The notes: generated by a model from the sequence alone, not told the origin. A stretch of DNA of 64,000 bases from Chitinophaga pinensis (GCA_945860865.1 CAMARW010000003.1:59177-123176); one strand, 5' to 3'; counted from the first letter of the stretch, positions 50,553 through 61,888 are shown. Numbers and translations are program-made.

Positions 50553-50754
50553 TAAATTCAAGTTTTGTCATTTGTCCGAATGGAATTTCATGCATTATTT
50601 TTAAAATTTCAGGCACTCTTTTACCTAGCCCACATTTCTCTAAAGCCTTTTCAGGCCTATCGGTTCGGGTGTATGCTATAAGGGTGAAATTAGTATCTCT
50701 TACCTGCAAATAATCAGGTATTTTGGCTTTGCCTTTTATTTTTATAATATACAA
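50545..50754 (-). CDS. Small hypothetical protein (69 aa, TTG start), likely conserved in Bacteroidota
   Basis: MYIIKIKGKAKIPDYLQVRD...; stop overlaps the ftsE start (ATGACTAA). Conservation is recalled, not searched. Confidence 0.72.
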   Translation of the reverse strand: MYIIKIKGKAKIPDYLQVRDTNFTLIAYTRTDRPEKALEKCGLGKRVPEILKIMHEIPFGQMTKLEFND

Positions 50755-50819
50755 AATATGTTTTTTATTTTTATTTTTTACCTTGATTAACTAATATTGC
50801 TTCACAAAAATAAAAAACA

Positions 50820-52550
50820 ATGAAGGATTTTTTCAAAAAAGTTCTACCCATCAGTTTAACAACATCTATTTTAGTTGCTGCATGTAGTGGACCCAATCTT
50901 ACCAAAAACTCATATTCTGTAAACCCAGATCCACTAGAAATGCGTGGCGACTCAGTTTCAGTGGTAATTACAGGTACAGTTCCACCTAAAACCATGAAGT
51001 CGAAAGCAATGGTTACTTTCCAACCTTATTTGAAAACCAAAGATGGTAAAGAAATTAACTTAAAATCTGTTACCATTAAAGGTGAAAAAGCCGAAGGTTC
51101 TGCAGATTACACTGTAAATGCTAGTGCAGGTGGTACAATTACTTACACAGATAAAGTAGCTTACACTTCAGAAATGAAGAACGTAGATTTATTACCACGT
51201 TTTACTTACAAAGAAAAAGCATTGCTTGTTCCAGATAGTATCAAAGTAATGGGAACGGTAACTACGGCATCTATGGTTAAGTTTACCAACGAAACCTACA
51301 TGGCTGCTGATAATTACAAACCAGAATTAACCAATAAAGCGGTTAATATTTTCTTCCCAATGGATGTTGAACGCTTCAATCCAAACTTTAAAAGCGGTAA
51401 AACATTAGATAATAAAAAGCAAATTGCTCAATTAAAGACTTTGCTTAAGAAAGATGCCAATTGGGTGGTTAGAGGAATTTCTATCAATGCTTTCGCTTCA
51501 CCTGATGGTGAATTAGAAAGAAATAGCAGTTTATCTAAAGGTCGTTCAACTTCTACTTTTGCCTACTTTAGAAAAGAACTAAAGAAATTGGGTTTCTCAG
51601 AAGTTAATGATAGCAACTTTAGCATGGGTTATATGTTAGCAGAAGACTGGAAAGGTTTTGCAACTGAATTAGCTGCCTCAACAATTGCTGATAAAGATGC
51701 CATGATTGCAATTATCAACAACGCCAGCATTAATGATGTAGAACGTGAATCACAATTACGTGCCAGTTTCGAAAAATCTTGGAAAAAAGCCGCCGAAACT
51801 ATTTTACCTAAATTACGTAAATCTGAGTTAATTGTTATAGGTGGAAAACCTTTCAAAACCGATGCAGAGTTAATTACTTTCCATGGTAAATATACCGAGT
51901 TAAACCAATCTGAGTTGTATCATTTAAAAGTTATTACTACAGACCTAAAGTTAAAAGAGGAAGCAACAATCGCTTACAATAATCAATTTAGTTCTGATTG
52001 GAGAGGTTTTAATGATTTAGGTGTAATGTACTTAAACAGCAAAAACTATGATGGTGCTGCTGCTCAATTAAACAAAGCTTACGAAATTGATTTTAAAAAT
52101 GGTTTAGTATTAGCAAATATTGGAGCATTAGCGCGTGCCAAAGGCGATTTAGTTTCTGCTCGTAAATACTACCAACAAGCTGCTGATAATGGTGCTAATA
52201 CTTTTTATAACATCGGTGTATTAGATATCAAGGCAGGTAACTACTCTGCTGCTGTAAATAACTTTACCAAAAGTGGTAAATCTGATATTAACGTTGCTTT
52301 AGCGCAATTATTGAGCGGAAACGCAACAGGTGCTAAAACTACTATCGACAATTTAAATCCTGACGATTTAACTTGGGAACATTATTACTTGCGTGCTATA
52401 TGTGGCGCCAGAATGAACAGCCAAGATGTATGTACCACTAACTTAGCGCAAGCGGTTGCTAAAAACGGTACCGCCAGAACCATGGCTAAAGATGATGTTG
52501 AATTTAGAAGATTCTTCTCAAACCCATTGTTTGAAGCAGCTATTCGCTAA
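50820..52550 (+). CDS. TPR lipoprotein with OmpA-like central domain
   Basis: Lipobox LVAAC, VNPDPLEMRGDSV, AFASPDG..N..LS..R (OmpA-like), C-terminal TPRs, YYLRAICGAR. Confidence 0.82.
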   Translation: MKDFFKKVLPISLTTSILVAACSGPNLTKNSYSVNPDPLEMRGDSVSVVITGTVPPKTMKSKAMVTFQPYLKTKDGKEINLKSVTIKGEKAEGSADYTVNASAGGTITYTDKVAYTSEMKNVDLLPRFTYKEKALLVPDSIKVMGTVTTASMVKFTNETYMAADNYKPELTNKAVNIFFPMDVERFNPNFKSGKTLDNKKQIAQLKTLLKKDANWVVRGISINAFASPDGELERNSSLSKGRSTSTFAYFRKELKKLGFSEVNDSNFSMGYMLAEDWKGFATELAASTIADKDAMIAIINNASINDVERESQLRASFEKSWKKAAETILPKLRKSELIVIGGKPFKTDAELITFHGKYTELNQSELYHLKVITTDLKLKEEATIAYNNQFSSDWRGFNDLGVMYLNSKNYDGAAAQLNKAYEIDFKNGLVLANIGALARAKGDLVSARKYYQQAADNGANTFYNIGVLDIKAGNYSAAVNNFTKSGKSDINVALAQLLSGNATGAKTTIDNLNPDDLTWEHYYLRAICGARMNSQDVCTTNLAQAVAKNGTARTMAKDDVEFRRFFSNPLFEAAIR

Positions 52551-52570
52551 TACATTGAATATTATTTTTG

Positions 52571-52604
52571 AAAACCTCAGTGATTCATTTCACTGAGGTT
52601 TTTT
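52571..52604 (+). terminator. Intrinsic terminator
   Basis: AAAACCTCAGTGA-ttcatt-TCACTGAGGTTTTTT. Confidence 0.88.
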
Positions 52605-52616
52605 ATTGTACTTAAC

Positions 52617-52654
52617 CCAATGGTTTTTCCACAAATTTGTGCAAAAACCATTGG
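52617..52654. promoter_or_regulatory. 38-bp near-perfect palindrome with two inverted DnaA-box-like 9-mers upstream of parE
   Basis: CCAATGGTTTTTCCACAAATTTGTGCAAAAACCATTGG; TTTTCCACA (+) and TTTTGCACA (-) both fit TTWTNCACA. Confidence 0.55.
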
Positions 52655-52701
52655 TAATTTTAAGGCGAATGTGCTTACCTTAGCATTTTCTAAAAAGGAA
52701 T

Positions 52702-54582
52702 ATGGCAGAAGAAGTTGTAAATTATGATGAAAGTAGTATTCGCTCCCTCGATTGGCGCGAGCACATTCGTCTTCGTCCCGGCATGTACATCGGTAAATTG
52801 GGCGATGGTAGCGCCATGGATGATGGAATTTATATCTTGCTCAAAGAAATTTTAGATAATTCTATCGATGAATTTGTTATGGGCAATGGCCGACAAATTG
52901 ATATTAAAATTACCGATAATAAAGCTTTCATTCGCGACTATGGCAGAGGTATTCCTCTTGGCAAAGTAATAGAGTGTGTTTCACAGATTAACACAGGTGG
53001 AAAGTATGATTCAAAAGCATTTAAAAAATCTGTTGGTTTAAATGGGGTAGGAACCAAGGCGGTAAACGCGCTCTCACAACATTTTAAAGTACAATCTTTT
53101 AGAGAAGGTAAAACTAAAATTGTAGAATTTGAAAAGGGTATGTTGGTGCAAGACCATAAACTACAAGATAGCATGGAACCTAATGGAACCGCCATCTCTT
53201 TTGTGGCCGATGATACCATCTTTAAACACTTTAAGTTTATTAATGAGTATATAGAAAATATGCTCTGGAATTATGTTTACCTTAATAGTGGTTTAACTAT
53301 CTGGTTTAATAATAAAAAATACTTTTCTAAAGATGGTTTACTCGACTTGTTAAAACGCAAAACCAATGAGGAGGCCTTGCGTTACCCAATTATTCATCTT
53401 AAAGGTGAGGATATTGAGGTGGCTATAACCCATGAAAATCAATATGGTGAGGAATACTACAGCTTTGTAAATGGGCAGCATACCACGCAAGGTGGCACAC
53501 ACTTAAACGCATTTAGGGAAGCTTTTGCCAAAACTGTTCGCGATTTTTATAAAAAAGATTTCGACCTAGCAGATATTCGGGCAAGTATTATTGCTGCCGT
53601 TAGTTTACGTGTTCAAGAACCCGTTTTTGAAAGTCAGACTAAAACCAAACTGGGCTCACAAACAATGGCTCCTACAGAATCACAATCTGTAAAGCAGTTT
53701 GTAATGGATTTTATGAAGAAAAGTTTAGATGACTACCTGCATAAACATCCAGAAGCTGCCGACGCCCTTTTGCGCAGAATAAACCAGAGCGAGAGAGAAC
53801 GCAAAGAAATGGCTGGTATTAAAAAGCTTGCCAACGAACGCGCCAAAAAAGCCAACCTGCATAATAAAAAACTACGCGATTGTAGAATTCATTTTAATGA
53901 TGGCAAAGATGAACGCAAATTAGAAACAACCCTTTTTATTACTGAAGGTGATTCTGCCAGTGGTTCTATTACAAAAAGCAGAAACGTTGAACTACAAGCA
54001 GTTTTTAGTTTACGCGGAAAGCCTCTTAATAGTTACGGATTAACCAAAAAGGTAGTATACGAAAACGAAGAATTTAACTTGTTGCAACATGCTTTAAATA
54101 TTGAAGAAAGCATTGAAGACCTGCGATATAATAGAATAGTTGTTGCCACAGATGCCGATGTGGATGGTATGCACATTCGTTTATTGTTGCTCACTTTTTT
54201 CTTACAATTCTTCCCAGATTTGGCGAAAAACGGACATTTATACATCCTTGAAACTCCCTTGTTTAGGGTGAGGAACAAGCAAAAAACCATATATTGTTAT
54301 ACCGATCAAGAGCGTCAAAATGCCATTAGGCAGTTGGGCGTTCGCCCAGAAATAACCCGTTTTAAGGGTTTAGGTGAAATTTCTCCCGAGGAATTTGGTT
54401 TATTTATTGGCGAAGATATGCGCTTGCAACCCGTAGTGCTTAACCCAGATATGCCAATTCAAAAAATGTTAGAATATTACATGGGCAAAAACACAATGGA
54501 TAGACAAGCATTTATTATTGATAATTTGCGCATTGAAAAAGATAATGCGGTAGAAGAAGAGATAGAGGAAGAGCTAGTTTAA
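52702..54582 (+). CDS. parE: DNA topoisomerase IV subunit B (Bacteroidota type)
   Basis: [62 protein letters not shown]. Confidence 0.92.
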   Translation: MAEEVVNYDESSIRSLDWREHIRLRPGMYIGKLGDGSAMDDGIYILLKEILDNSIDEFVMGNGRQIDIKITDNKAFIRDYGRGIPLGKVIECVSQINTGGKYDSKAFKKSVGLNGVGTKAVNALSQHFKVQSFREGKTKIVEFEKGMLVQDHKLQDSMEPNGTAISFVADDTIFKHFKFINEYIENMLWNYVYLNSGLTIWFNNKKYFSKDGLLDLLKRKTNEEALRYPIIHLKGEDIEVAITHENQYGEEYYSFVNGQHTTQGGTHLNAFREAFAKTVRDFYKKDFDLADIRASIIAAVSLRVQEPVFESQTKTKLGSQTMAPTESQSVKQFVMDFMKKSLDDYLHKHPEAADALLRRINQSERERKEMAGIKKLANERAKKANLHNKKLRDCRIHFNDGKDERKLETTLFITEGDSASGSITKSRNVELQAVFSLRGKPLNSYGLTKKVVYENEEFNLLQHALNIEESIEDLRYNRIVVATDADVDGMHIRLLLLTFFLQFFPDLAKNGHLYILETPLFRVRNKQKTIYCYTDQERQNAIRQLGVRPEITRFKGLGEISPEEFGLFIGEDMRLQPVVLNPDMPIQKMLEYYMGKNTMDRQAFIIDNLRIEKDNAVEEEIEEELV

Positions 54583-55416
54583 GCGTTGTGCACCTGTGTA
54601 AATATTAAACTTATCTGCTTTTACAAATCCAATTAATGTAATATTAAACTGCTTGGCAGTTTCTACAGCCAAGCTGCTTGGCGCACCTACAGAAACAACC
54701 ATTGGAATTTGGGCCATGGCTGCCTTTTGTAGCAGTTCAAAGCTAGCCCTTCCGCTTAATAACAAAATACTGTTTTTTAATTCCATTTCTACTGAACCTA
54801 AAGTTGCGCCAATCAATTTATCTAATGCATTGTGCCTGCCAACATCTTCTCTACTCAACAATAACTCACCAGATAAATTAAACAAACCACAGCCATGTAA
54901 GCCACCTGTGTATTTAAAAACTTGTTGATCATTTCTGAGAATTTCTGATAATGCCAAAATAAGCGATGGCTCTATAGAAAAGGCTGATTTTTCTTGGATG
55001 TCGCAAGCCTGAAAAACTGCCTCAATACTGGCTTTTCCGCAAACACCGCAGCTAGATGTGGTATAGAAATTTCTTTGTAAAGAAACCGCATCAAAAACAA
55101 CATCTTCCTTTAGTTCAACCCGTAACACATTAAAATTATTCTCTTTGGTATTAACTTCTGTGCAAAATTGTATGGATAAAATTTCACCAACCGAACCAAT
55201 AATTCCCTCTGTAAATAAAAAGCCAATGGCTAGTTCAAAATCATTTCCGGGGGTACGCATGGTTACTGAAATGCGTTGCTGTTGCCTGTTTTCTTTTAAC
55301 CCAAATCCTAAGCGAATTTCTAAGGGCTCTTCAACTGCCACCAAATCCTCGCTATACACATATTCGTTATTTACAAACCGCTTTAATTGAACGGCAGATA
55401 CTGCGGGTTTTTGCAT
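54574..55416 (-). CDS. fdhD: Formate dehydrogenase accessory sulfurtransferase
   Basis: [52 protein letters not shown]. Confidence 0.95.
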   Translation of the reverse strand: MQKPAVSAVQLKRFVNNEYVYSEDLVAVEEPLEIRLGFGLKENRQQQRISVTMRTPGNDFELAIGFLFTEGIIGSVGEILSIQFCTEVNTKENNFNVLRVELKEDVVFDAVSLQRNFYTTSSCGVCGKASIEAVFQACDIQEKSAFSIEPSLILALSEILRNDQQVFKYTGGLHGCGLFNLSGELLLSREDVGRHNALDKLIGATLGSVEMELKNSILLLSGRASFELLQKAAMAQIPMVVSVGAPSSLAVETAKQFNITLIGFVKADKFNIYTGAQRLN

Positions 55417-55418
55417 GC

Positions 55419-57803
55419 TTACTTCACGATAAAACTTTGGGTAATCTTTCCCTTATTGTCTTCAAATATTAAATAAAACATTCCTTGCGGGTAAATACTT
55501 GTATTTATTTGAAGCTTATTTTCTTTATGGTTCACTTGCCATTCTTTTAATACTTTGCCAGTACCATCGCAAATTTTTAAAGTTCCTACCCCATGTTGGT
55601 CTGGCAATTCTAGGTTAAGTGAGCCCTCCGTTGGATTAGGATAAAGTAACATTTTGCGCCTATCGCCTTTAATTTCGTTAGTGCTTGCTCCCATATCTCT
55701 ATACCCTAATACATAATCTCCTTGCTTAAGATTATTCACCCAAAACCTACCCACTTTATCAATCTTGCTTCCACCCGGCTGAAAGGTAAGATCTGTTTCT
55801 ATACTAAACGCTGTTTGTGCATTGGGTCTGTAGAGTAATACTAAGCTATCTTCACTTCCAGTAATTAGGACATTATCTAAGTAACCAGCATTTCTGGCAG
55901 CAGGAGTGGAGCCATCGTAATTAAAAAAGGCAGTTGCCCCAAAATTGCTAACATTCCAAATACCGTTAATTCGCCAAAAACGCTCACGCGATAAGCGTAT
56001 GCCAGACGGAACCTCATTAGATTCATAACTAAAAAAGGGCTCAGCAAAATGATGCTCCACATATACCAGAGCAGAATCGCTGATGTTTTTTACGGTAAAT
56101 GTTAGTAAAGCATTTCCAAAAGTTTTAACACCAGTAGTTTTAATCCACTCTTGTTGAAAGGTTTTACCCAATACCAATTTATTATCCTCATTTAAAACCC
56201 AAAAGGCAATATCCTTGCTTTGAGAAGCCGAAAGGTACACATTAGATTTCCCTTTACCTGTCCAACCTGCTTCTATTTTAACTGGGGTTATCCATTTAGA
56301 GCCGTTTTTATAGTAAATACTCAGATTAGGTTCAGCCAATTTTATAAGATTCATTTTATTTCTTCTTTGTTGGTGGCTCGTTAAAATGTGCAAACCATCT
56401 GGGGTGTTTTGTGGTGCAAATTCGGAAGGTTGAATATCATGGTCGCCGGCATCGTAAATCCATGTTTTAAAAAAATCTACCATATCTACCGAAGAATATC
56501 CAGAAAAGTAATCCATTAAATTGAACGAGTTAACATCGCTAAATTTTAATGCTGTTAAATAATTTTTGCAAGCCTTAAAAAAGGCCGAATCGCCCATCAT
56601 GTTCCTTAGTGTATGCACCATTAACCCGCCTTTGGTATATACATGTGTGCCGTAGGTTTGAGCCAAGGGAACTCCAGAAACGGGTAAAAATCCGCCGTCT
56701 CTTGCATGTGCCCAGCGCATAGATTCGAATAGTTCTGAACCTATTTTTTCATTATATGCGCTCTTGCCGTAAGCACATTCTAAAAACAATGCTTCGCAGT
56801 AACTGGCCCAACCTTCGTTTAACCACATATCGCTGGCAGTGCGGGTGGTTACTAAATTGCCAAACCAGTTGTGTGCTAATTCGTGTGCCATTAGTGTTTC
56901 ATAATTGCCCGTGCCATCTACGGCATACAATGGATAAGAAATATTGCAGGCATGCTCCATAGCACCCGAGTTAAAGGGCACGCCTACATAACCAACTCTA
57001 TCAAATAAATACGGCCCAAATCTTTCTTCGAAGCACTGCATGGCTTGGTTCAGCCTAAAAAAAGACGCTTTGGCTTTTGCAGTATCTGCTGCGGCAACAG
57101 CTAATACAACAGGAATTTCTCTTTGTAGGCCAACATATTTGCTATTAATTAAAACGTATTTACTTACCGCTATATTAGCCAAATAAGTGGGTATGGTTTG
57201 GTTTAAACGCCAGCGCCAAGTAATACTGCCATTGGCATTTACGTTTGTAGACTCTTGCATACCGCTGCATACTGCCATATAGCCGCTATCTGTAGTTATT
57301 TCAAAAGAATAGGTAGCCCTGTCTGTAAAATTATCGTTGCACGGAAACCAACACCTGCCAAAATTGGGCGGATTAGAGCCCATGCCTACACCCATATTAA
57401 ATGCATAATCGCCCGCAAAATAAAAGCCACCCCAACGACTATCTCTAACAGGTGAACCTTGATAATAAATGTCTAGTACCACACTATCATTTTGGTAATA
57501 GGCTTTATTTAAAATTATATGCAAAGTAGAATCACTTTGTGTAAATAAAACGGGTACATTATTACAAAAAATGGAGTCAACATTTAATTTTAATAAATCG
57601 AATGTAAGGGCTTGCACATTCATAAAATTTGGCCTACCATATATACGCGCTTTTCCGCTAAGAGTTTTGCTGGGTAAATTACGGATGGATAAAGCTAAGT
57701 TGTAATGTGTAATATCCAAAGAATCAACTCTATTTGCCAAAGTTGTTTGAGATATAAATGGAAAAAATAGGCACAATAAGATAGTAAATTTTAGTCTTCT
57801 CAT
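55419..57803 (-). CDS. M1 aminopeptidase with T9SS type A CTD
   Basis: WFPCND, GAMEH, HELAHNWFG...WLNEGWA (HEXXH..E), YTKGG; LYPNPT...GMFYL CTD. Confidence 0.92.
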   Translation of the reverse strand: MRRLKFTILLCLFFPFISQTTLANRVDSLDITHYNLALSIRNLPSKTLSGKARIYGRPNFMNVQALTFDLLKLNVDSIFCNNVPVLFTQSDSTLHIILNKAYYQNDSVVLDIYYQGSPVRDSRWGGFYFAGDYAFNMGVGMGSNPPNFGRCWFPCNDNFTDRATYSFEITTDSGYMAVCSGMQESTNVNANGSITWRWRLNQTIPTYLANIAVSKYVLINSKYVGLQREIPVVLAVAAADTAKAKASFFRLNQAMQCFEERFGPYLFDRVGYVGVPFNSGAMEHACNISYPLYAVDGTGNYETLMAHELAHNWFGNLVTTRTASDMWLNEGWASYCEALFLECAYGKSAYNEKIGSELFESMRWAHARDGGFLPVSGVPLAQTYGTHVYTKGGLMVHTLRNMMGDSAFFKACKNYLTALKFSDVNSFNLMDYFSGYSSVDMVDFFKTWIYDAGDHDIQPSEFAPQNTPDGLHILTSHQQRRNKMNLIKLAEPNLSIYYKNGSKWITPVKIEAGWTGKGKSNVYLSASQSKDIAFWVLNEDNKLVLGKTFQQEWIKTTGVKTFGNALLTFTVKNISDSALVYVEHHFAEPFFSYESNEVPSGIRLSRERFWRINGIWNVSNFGATAFFNYDGSTPAARNAGYLDNVLITGSEDSLVLLYRPNAQTAFSIETDLTFQPGGSKIDKVGRFWVNNLKQGDYVLGYRDMGASTNEIKGDRRKMLLYPNPTEGSLNLELPDQHGVGTLKICDGTGKVLKEWQVNHKENKLQINTSIYPQGMFYLIFEDNKGKITQSFIVK

Positions 57804-57840
57804 AAGATTTCAAATATAAGGCAAAAATAGGAGCAATTTC

Positions 57841-57849
57841 TTATCCACA
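57841..57849 (+). promoter_or_regulatory. Perfect DnaA box upstream of gyrA
   Basis: TTATCCACA in the divergent promoter region, followed by inverted TTTGTGGGA. Confidence 0.5.
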
Positions 57850-57985
57850 AATGGTCTTTTTTTTGTGGGAATTTTTTGTAACAAAATCCTGCTTTATAGC
57901 ATATTTTGCAATGTCTTATAGCAGGGAGTTTGGCTGACCCAAGGGTTGGTTCAAACCGATTTTTATAAAATGTAAATACTTGATT

Positions 57986-60595
57986 ATGGCAGAAGATAGA
58001 ATAATACAAATCAACATTGAGGATGAAATGAAAACCGCATACATCGATTATTCGATGTCGGTTATTGTTAGTAGAGCTTTACCAGATGTTCGTGATGGCT
58101 TAAAGCCGGTGCATCGTAGAGTTTTGTATGGTATGACGGAGTTAGGATTAGCTTCTAACCGTGCTTATAAAAAATCGGCACGTATTGTAGGAGAGGTTCT
58201 AGGAAAGTATCACCCACATGGTGATTCATCTGTTTACGATACCATGGTGCGCATGGCCCAAGAATGGAATATGCGTTACATGCTGGTAGATGGGCAAGGA
58301 AACTTTGGTTCTGTGGATGGCGATCCACCTGCAGCTATGCGTTACACAGAAGCTCGTTTGCGTAAAATGGCCGAAGAATTATTAACGGATATTGATAAAA
58401 ATACAGTTGATTTTCGTCCCAATTTTGATGATAGCTTAACAGAGCCAAGTGTATTACCTGCTAAAGTTCCTAATCTTTTGATGAATGGCGCTTCGGGTAT
58501 TGCAGTAGGTATGGCCACCAACATGGCACCACATAATTTATCTGAATGTGTAGATGGTATTATTGCTTATATCGAAAATAGAGATATTACCATTCCAGAA
58601 TTAATGCGCTATATAAAAGCGCCAGATTTTCCAACAGGCGGAATTATTTATGGTTATGAAGGTGTAAAAAATGCCCTCGAAACTGGTCGTGGTAGAATTG
58701 TAATGCGCGCTAAAGCGGGTTTCGAAACTTCTAAAACTGGCAAAGATCAAATTGTAGTAAACGAAATTCCTTATCAAGTAAATAAAGCTACGCTCATTAA
58801 ACAAATTGCCGATTTAGTAAATGAAAAGGTAATTGAAGGCATCAGCGACGTGCGCGATGAAAGTGATAGAGAAGGTATGCGCATGGTGTTCGACCTTAAG
58901 CGTGATGCCGTGCCGAATGTTGTTTTAAACAAATTGTTTAAATATAGCCAGTTGCAAACTTCGTTTAGTGTAAACAATGTGGCCCTTGTAAAAGGTCGTC
59001 CGCAAATGCTAAACTTAAAAGATTTAATTGTTCATTTTGTTGAGCATCGCCATGTAGTGGTTATTCGCAGAACACAATTTGATTTAGAAGAAGCGCAAAA
59101 ACGTGCACATATTTTAGAGGGTTTACTCATTGCTTTAGATCATTTAGATCAGGTAATTGCCCTAATACGTGCCGCACGTACGCCAGATGAAGCAAAAAAT
59201 GGCTTAATGGAAACATTTAAGCTAAGCGATATTCAATCTAAAGCCATTCTAGATATGCGTTTACAGCGCTTAACCGGACTAGAACGCGATAAGATTAAAG
59301 AAGAGTATGCGCAGATTATGGAGTTAATTGCACGTTTGCAAGAAATATTATCTAATGAGAGTTTGCGCATGCAGATTATCAAAGATGAACTAATTGAAAT
59401 GAAAGACAAATACGGCGATGAACGTAGGTCGGTTATAGAAATGGTGGGCAACGAGATGAGTATGGAAGACTTAATTCCGGATGATGAAGTGGTTATTACT
59501 ATTTCGCATTTGGGTTATATGAAACGTACCAGCCTAAGCGAATACAGAACGCAAGCCCGCGGTGGAAGAGGAAGTAGGGGAGTTGCCAAACGTCAGGAAG
59601 ACTTTGTTGAGCACATTTTTATGGCCACCAACCACAATTATTTGCTGTTGTTTACAGAGCAAGGTCGTTGTTTCTGGTTACGTGTATTTGAAATTCCTGA
59701 AGGTGAAAAAACCAGCAAGGGTAGAGCCATACAGAATTTAATAAACATCCCTGTAGATGATAAAGTAAAGGCGTTCTTAAATGTAAAATCTTTGAGCGAC
59801 CCAGAATACTTAAATACCTATAACGTAATTATGGTTACGCAAAAAGGTACCATTAAGAAAACTACTTTAGAAGCTTATAGCAGACCACGCGCAAATGGTA
59901 TCAATTCTATGAACGTGCGTGAGGGAGATACATTGGTTGAAGCCAAATTAACCAACGGCACCAGCGAAATTATCATTGCTAGTCGCCAGGGTAAAGCCAT
60001 TCGATTTAATGAAAGTGGTGTAAGACCAATGGGTAGAAATGCTACCGGTGTGCGCTCTATTCGTTTGGCAGAAGGCGATGAGGTAATTGGAATGGTATCT
60101 ATTGAAGATCCCAAACTAACCAATGTATTGGTAGTAAGTGAAAACGGTATGGGTAAACGCACCGAGGTTGAAGCATACAGAATTACCAAACGCGGTGGTA
60201 AGGGCGTAATGGCTATGAACGTTACCGAAAAAACAGGTAAATTGGTTTCCATCAAAGAGGTAGATGATACCAACGATATCATGATTATTAACAAAAGCGG
60301 TATCACCATCCGTTTAAGCGTAAGTTCTTTACGTGTGCTTGGAAGGGTTACACAAGGCGTAAGGTTAATCAATATTGGCGGTAAAGATGAAATTGCCAGC
60401 GTTGCCAAAATAAATTATATTCCTGGTGATGAAGAAGTTATAGAAGGTGCAGAAGGAGAGACCGAAGAGGGAGAAATTGTAGAAGGGTTTGAGGTAATTG
60501 TAGGCACAGATAAAGAGGTGGTAGAAGAGGCCGGACCAGAAATTATAGAGGAGGATACTGAGGAAGAAGACGATTCTACAGAGGATGAAGAATAA
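57986..60595 (+). CDS. gyrA: DNA gyrase subunit A
   Basis: [29 protein letters not shown], GyrA box QARGGRG, pinwheel CTD, acidic tail. Confidence 0.97.
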   Translation: MAEDRIIQINIEDEMKTAYIDYSMSVIVSRALPDVRDGLKPVHRRVLYGMTELGLASNRAYKKSARIVGEVLGKYHPHGDSSVYDTMVRMAQEWNMRYMLVDGQGNFGSVDGDPPAAMRYTEARLRKMAEELLTDIDKNTVDFRPNFDDSLTEPSVLPAKVPNLLMNGASGIAVGMATNMAPHNLSECVDGIIAYIENRDITIPELMRYIKAPDFPTGGIIYGYEGVKNALETGRGRIVMRAKAGFETSKTGKDQIVVNEIPYQVNKATLIKQIADLVNEKVIEGISDVRDESDREGMRMVFDLKRDAVPNVVLNKLFKYSQLQTSFSVNNVALVKGRPQMLNLKDLIVHFVEHRHVVVIRRTQFDLEEAQKRAHILEGLLIALDHLDQVIALIRAARTPDEAKNGLMETFKLSDIQSKAILDMRLQRLTGLERDKIKEEYAQIMELIARLQEILSNESLRMQIIKDELIEMKDKYGDERRSVIEMVGNEMSMEDLIPDDEVVITISHLGYMKRTSLSEYRTQARGGRGSRGVAKRQEDFVEHIFMATNHNYLLLFTEQGRCFWLRVFEIPEGEKTSKGRAIQNLINIPVDDKVKAFLNVKSLSDPEYLNTYNVIMVTQKGTIKKTTLEAYSRPRANGINSMNVREGDTLVEAKLTNGTSEIIIASRQGKAIRFNESGVRPMGRNATGVRSIRLAEGDEVIGMVSIEDPKLTNVLVVSENGMGKRTEVEAYRITKRGGKGVMAMNVTEKTGKLVSIKEVDDTNDIMIINKSGITIRLSVSSLRVLGRVTQGVRLINIGGKDEIASVAKINYIPGDEEVIEGAEGETEEGEIVEGFEVIVGTDKEVVEEAGPEIIEEDTEEEDDSTEDEE

Positions 60596-60614
60596 AATAA
60601 ATCCTGCTTAAATT

Positions 60615-60655
60615 AAAACTCCGCAATCAATTTAATTTGGTTGCGGAGTTTTTTT
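60615..60655. terminator. Bidirectional intrinsic terminator between gyrA and the M28 peptidase
   Basis: AAAACTCCGCAATCAA...TTGGTTGCGGAGTTTTTTT. Confidence 0.85.
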
Positions 60656-61850
60656 ATGGTTTGATCCAAATCTTTTCCTGAATAGTGGATTGGTTTAGGC
60701 CGAGTAATCGAACAAAATAAAGGCCCTCGGGTAAGGATTGTGCTATGCAATCATCTTGGGTGGCCAATAAATTTTGCTCGAAAACTAGTTTGCCTAGGGC
60801 ATTGTAAATAGATACATAAACTATTTTTTGGGAGCTATTGAAGCAAATTTGATGCTCGGCCGGATTAGGGTAAATTGCATAATAGCTGGCTGTTTTGGGT
60901 TCTGGTAATTGGGTTAACGCATCTTGAGCCAACTCACACAAACCCATTATAGCTAACTTGCTCATGTTTATAAAATAAGGAATGTGCAGGTTTTCTATGC
61001 TATCAGAAAATCGGTGCCAATGCGGATTAAAATCATTGTCGTAATCCTCCGTTAAACCAATGGCCGGAATGTCTCTGTTCCAAAAAGTTTGGTGATCTGT
61101 ATTGGGTTCGCCTGGGTTTTTTACGAAAGGCTGTAAGGCTAAATTATGTTGCTTTAAAACCTCCTGTATACGCGTGGCATAAGCAATAGATTGCGGCAAA
61201 CTGGGCGTAACATGAATCATAGCCAAAGAATCTTGGTTGCCATCCCAGGCAATCATGTCTAGGTTTATAACAGTAATAATTTCGGGCAAACCGCCGCCCG
61301 AGGAAGGGAAGTTTTTACTGCCAACTAAGCCCATTTCTTCCTCATCCCAAAAAGCAAGCTGAATGGTATAAGGGAAGTTGATGTCTTTTAAAACCCTTGC
61401 CGCTTCTAGGAGCGCGGCACAACCGCTAGCATTGTCATCTGCACCTTGAAATTTGGCATGACTACTTCCAACGCAATCATAGTGCGCACAGAGCACGACA
61501 GATTTGTTGGGAAATTGTGTACCCCGTTTTTCGGCTATAACATTTTGGCCTGTTTGACTATATTGCATATTTCTAACAGCGTAGCCATATGATACGCATT
61601 TCTGTGAAATATACTCCGCGGCAAGGGCATTGCCGGGGTGGAAGGCGAAACGCGAGGGAATAAATTGTGCAGAATCTTTGATGTATATGGGTTTTTTACC
61701 CACTAATTCTTGTAGGTGTTGCAATAAACTATCGGCCGAAATTGAGGTTAATGCTGCGCTGCAACTGGGTTGTTGTGCCCAACTTGCATTCATAAAAAAT
61801 ACACACACTAAAAGTGTAGTTAATACTATTTTAAAACGCTTAAATCGCAT
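60654..61850 (-). CDS. M28 family peptidase with T9SS type A CTD
   Basis: CAHYD, GADDNASG, EEMGLVGS, NLDMI, TDHQTF, PHWH; IYPNPA...GLYFVR CTD. Confidence 0.9.
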   Translation of the reverse strand: MRFKRFKIVLTTLLVCVFFMNASWAQQPSCSAALTSISADSLLQHLQELVGKKPIYIKDSAQFIPSRFAFHPGNALAAEYISQKCVSYGYAVRNMQYSQTGQNVIAEKRGTQFPNKSVVLCAHYDCVGSSHAKFQGADDNASGCAALLEAARVLKDINFPYTIQLAFWDEEEMGLVGSKNFPSSGGGLPEIITVINLDMIAWDGNQDSLAMIHVTPSLPQSIAYATRIQEVLKQHNLALQPFVKNPGEPNTDHQTFWNRDIPAIGLTEDYDNDFNPHWHRFSDSIENLHIPYFINMSKLAIMGLCELAQDALTQLPEPKTASYYAIYPNPAEHQICFNSSQKIVYVSIYNALGKLVFEQNLLATQDDCIAQSLPEGLYFVRLLGLNQSTIQEKIWIKP

Positions 61851-61888
61851 ACAAACAAAGGTGAGATTTTTTATTTAATTTGCACTAC

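Noticed and set aside
58210-58245. Quinolone-resistance substitution in the GyrA QRDR
   Set aside because: [10 protein letters not shown] retains Ser and Asp at the positions equivalent to E. coli 83 and 87.
60420-60595. Glu-rich low-complexity GyrA tail as a novel domain
   Set aside because: Acidic C-terminal tails are an established GyrA feature.
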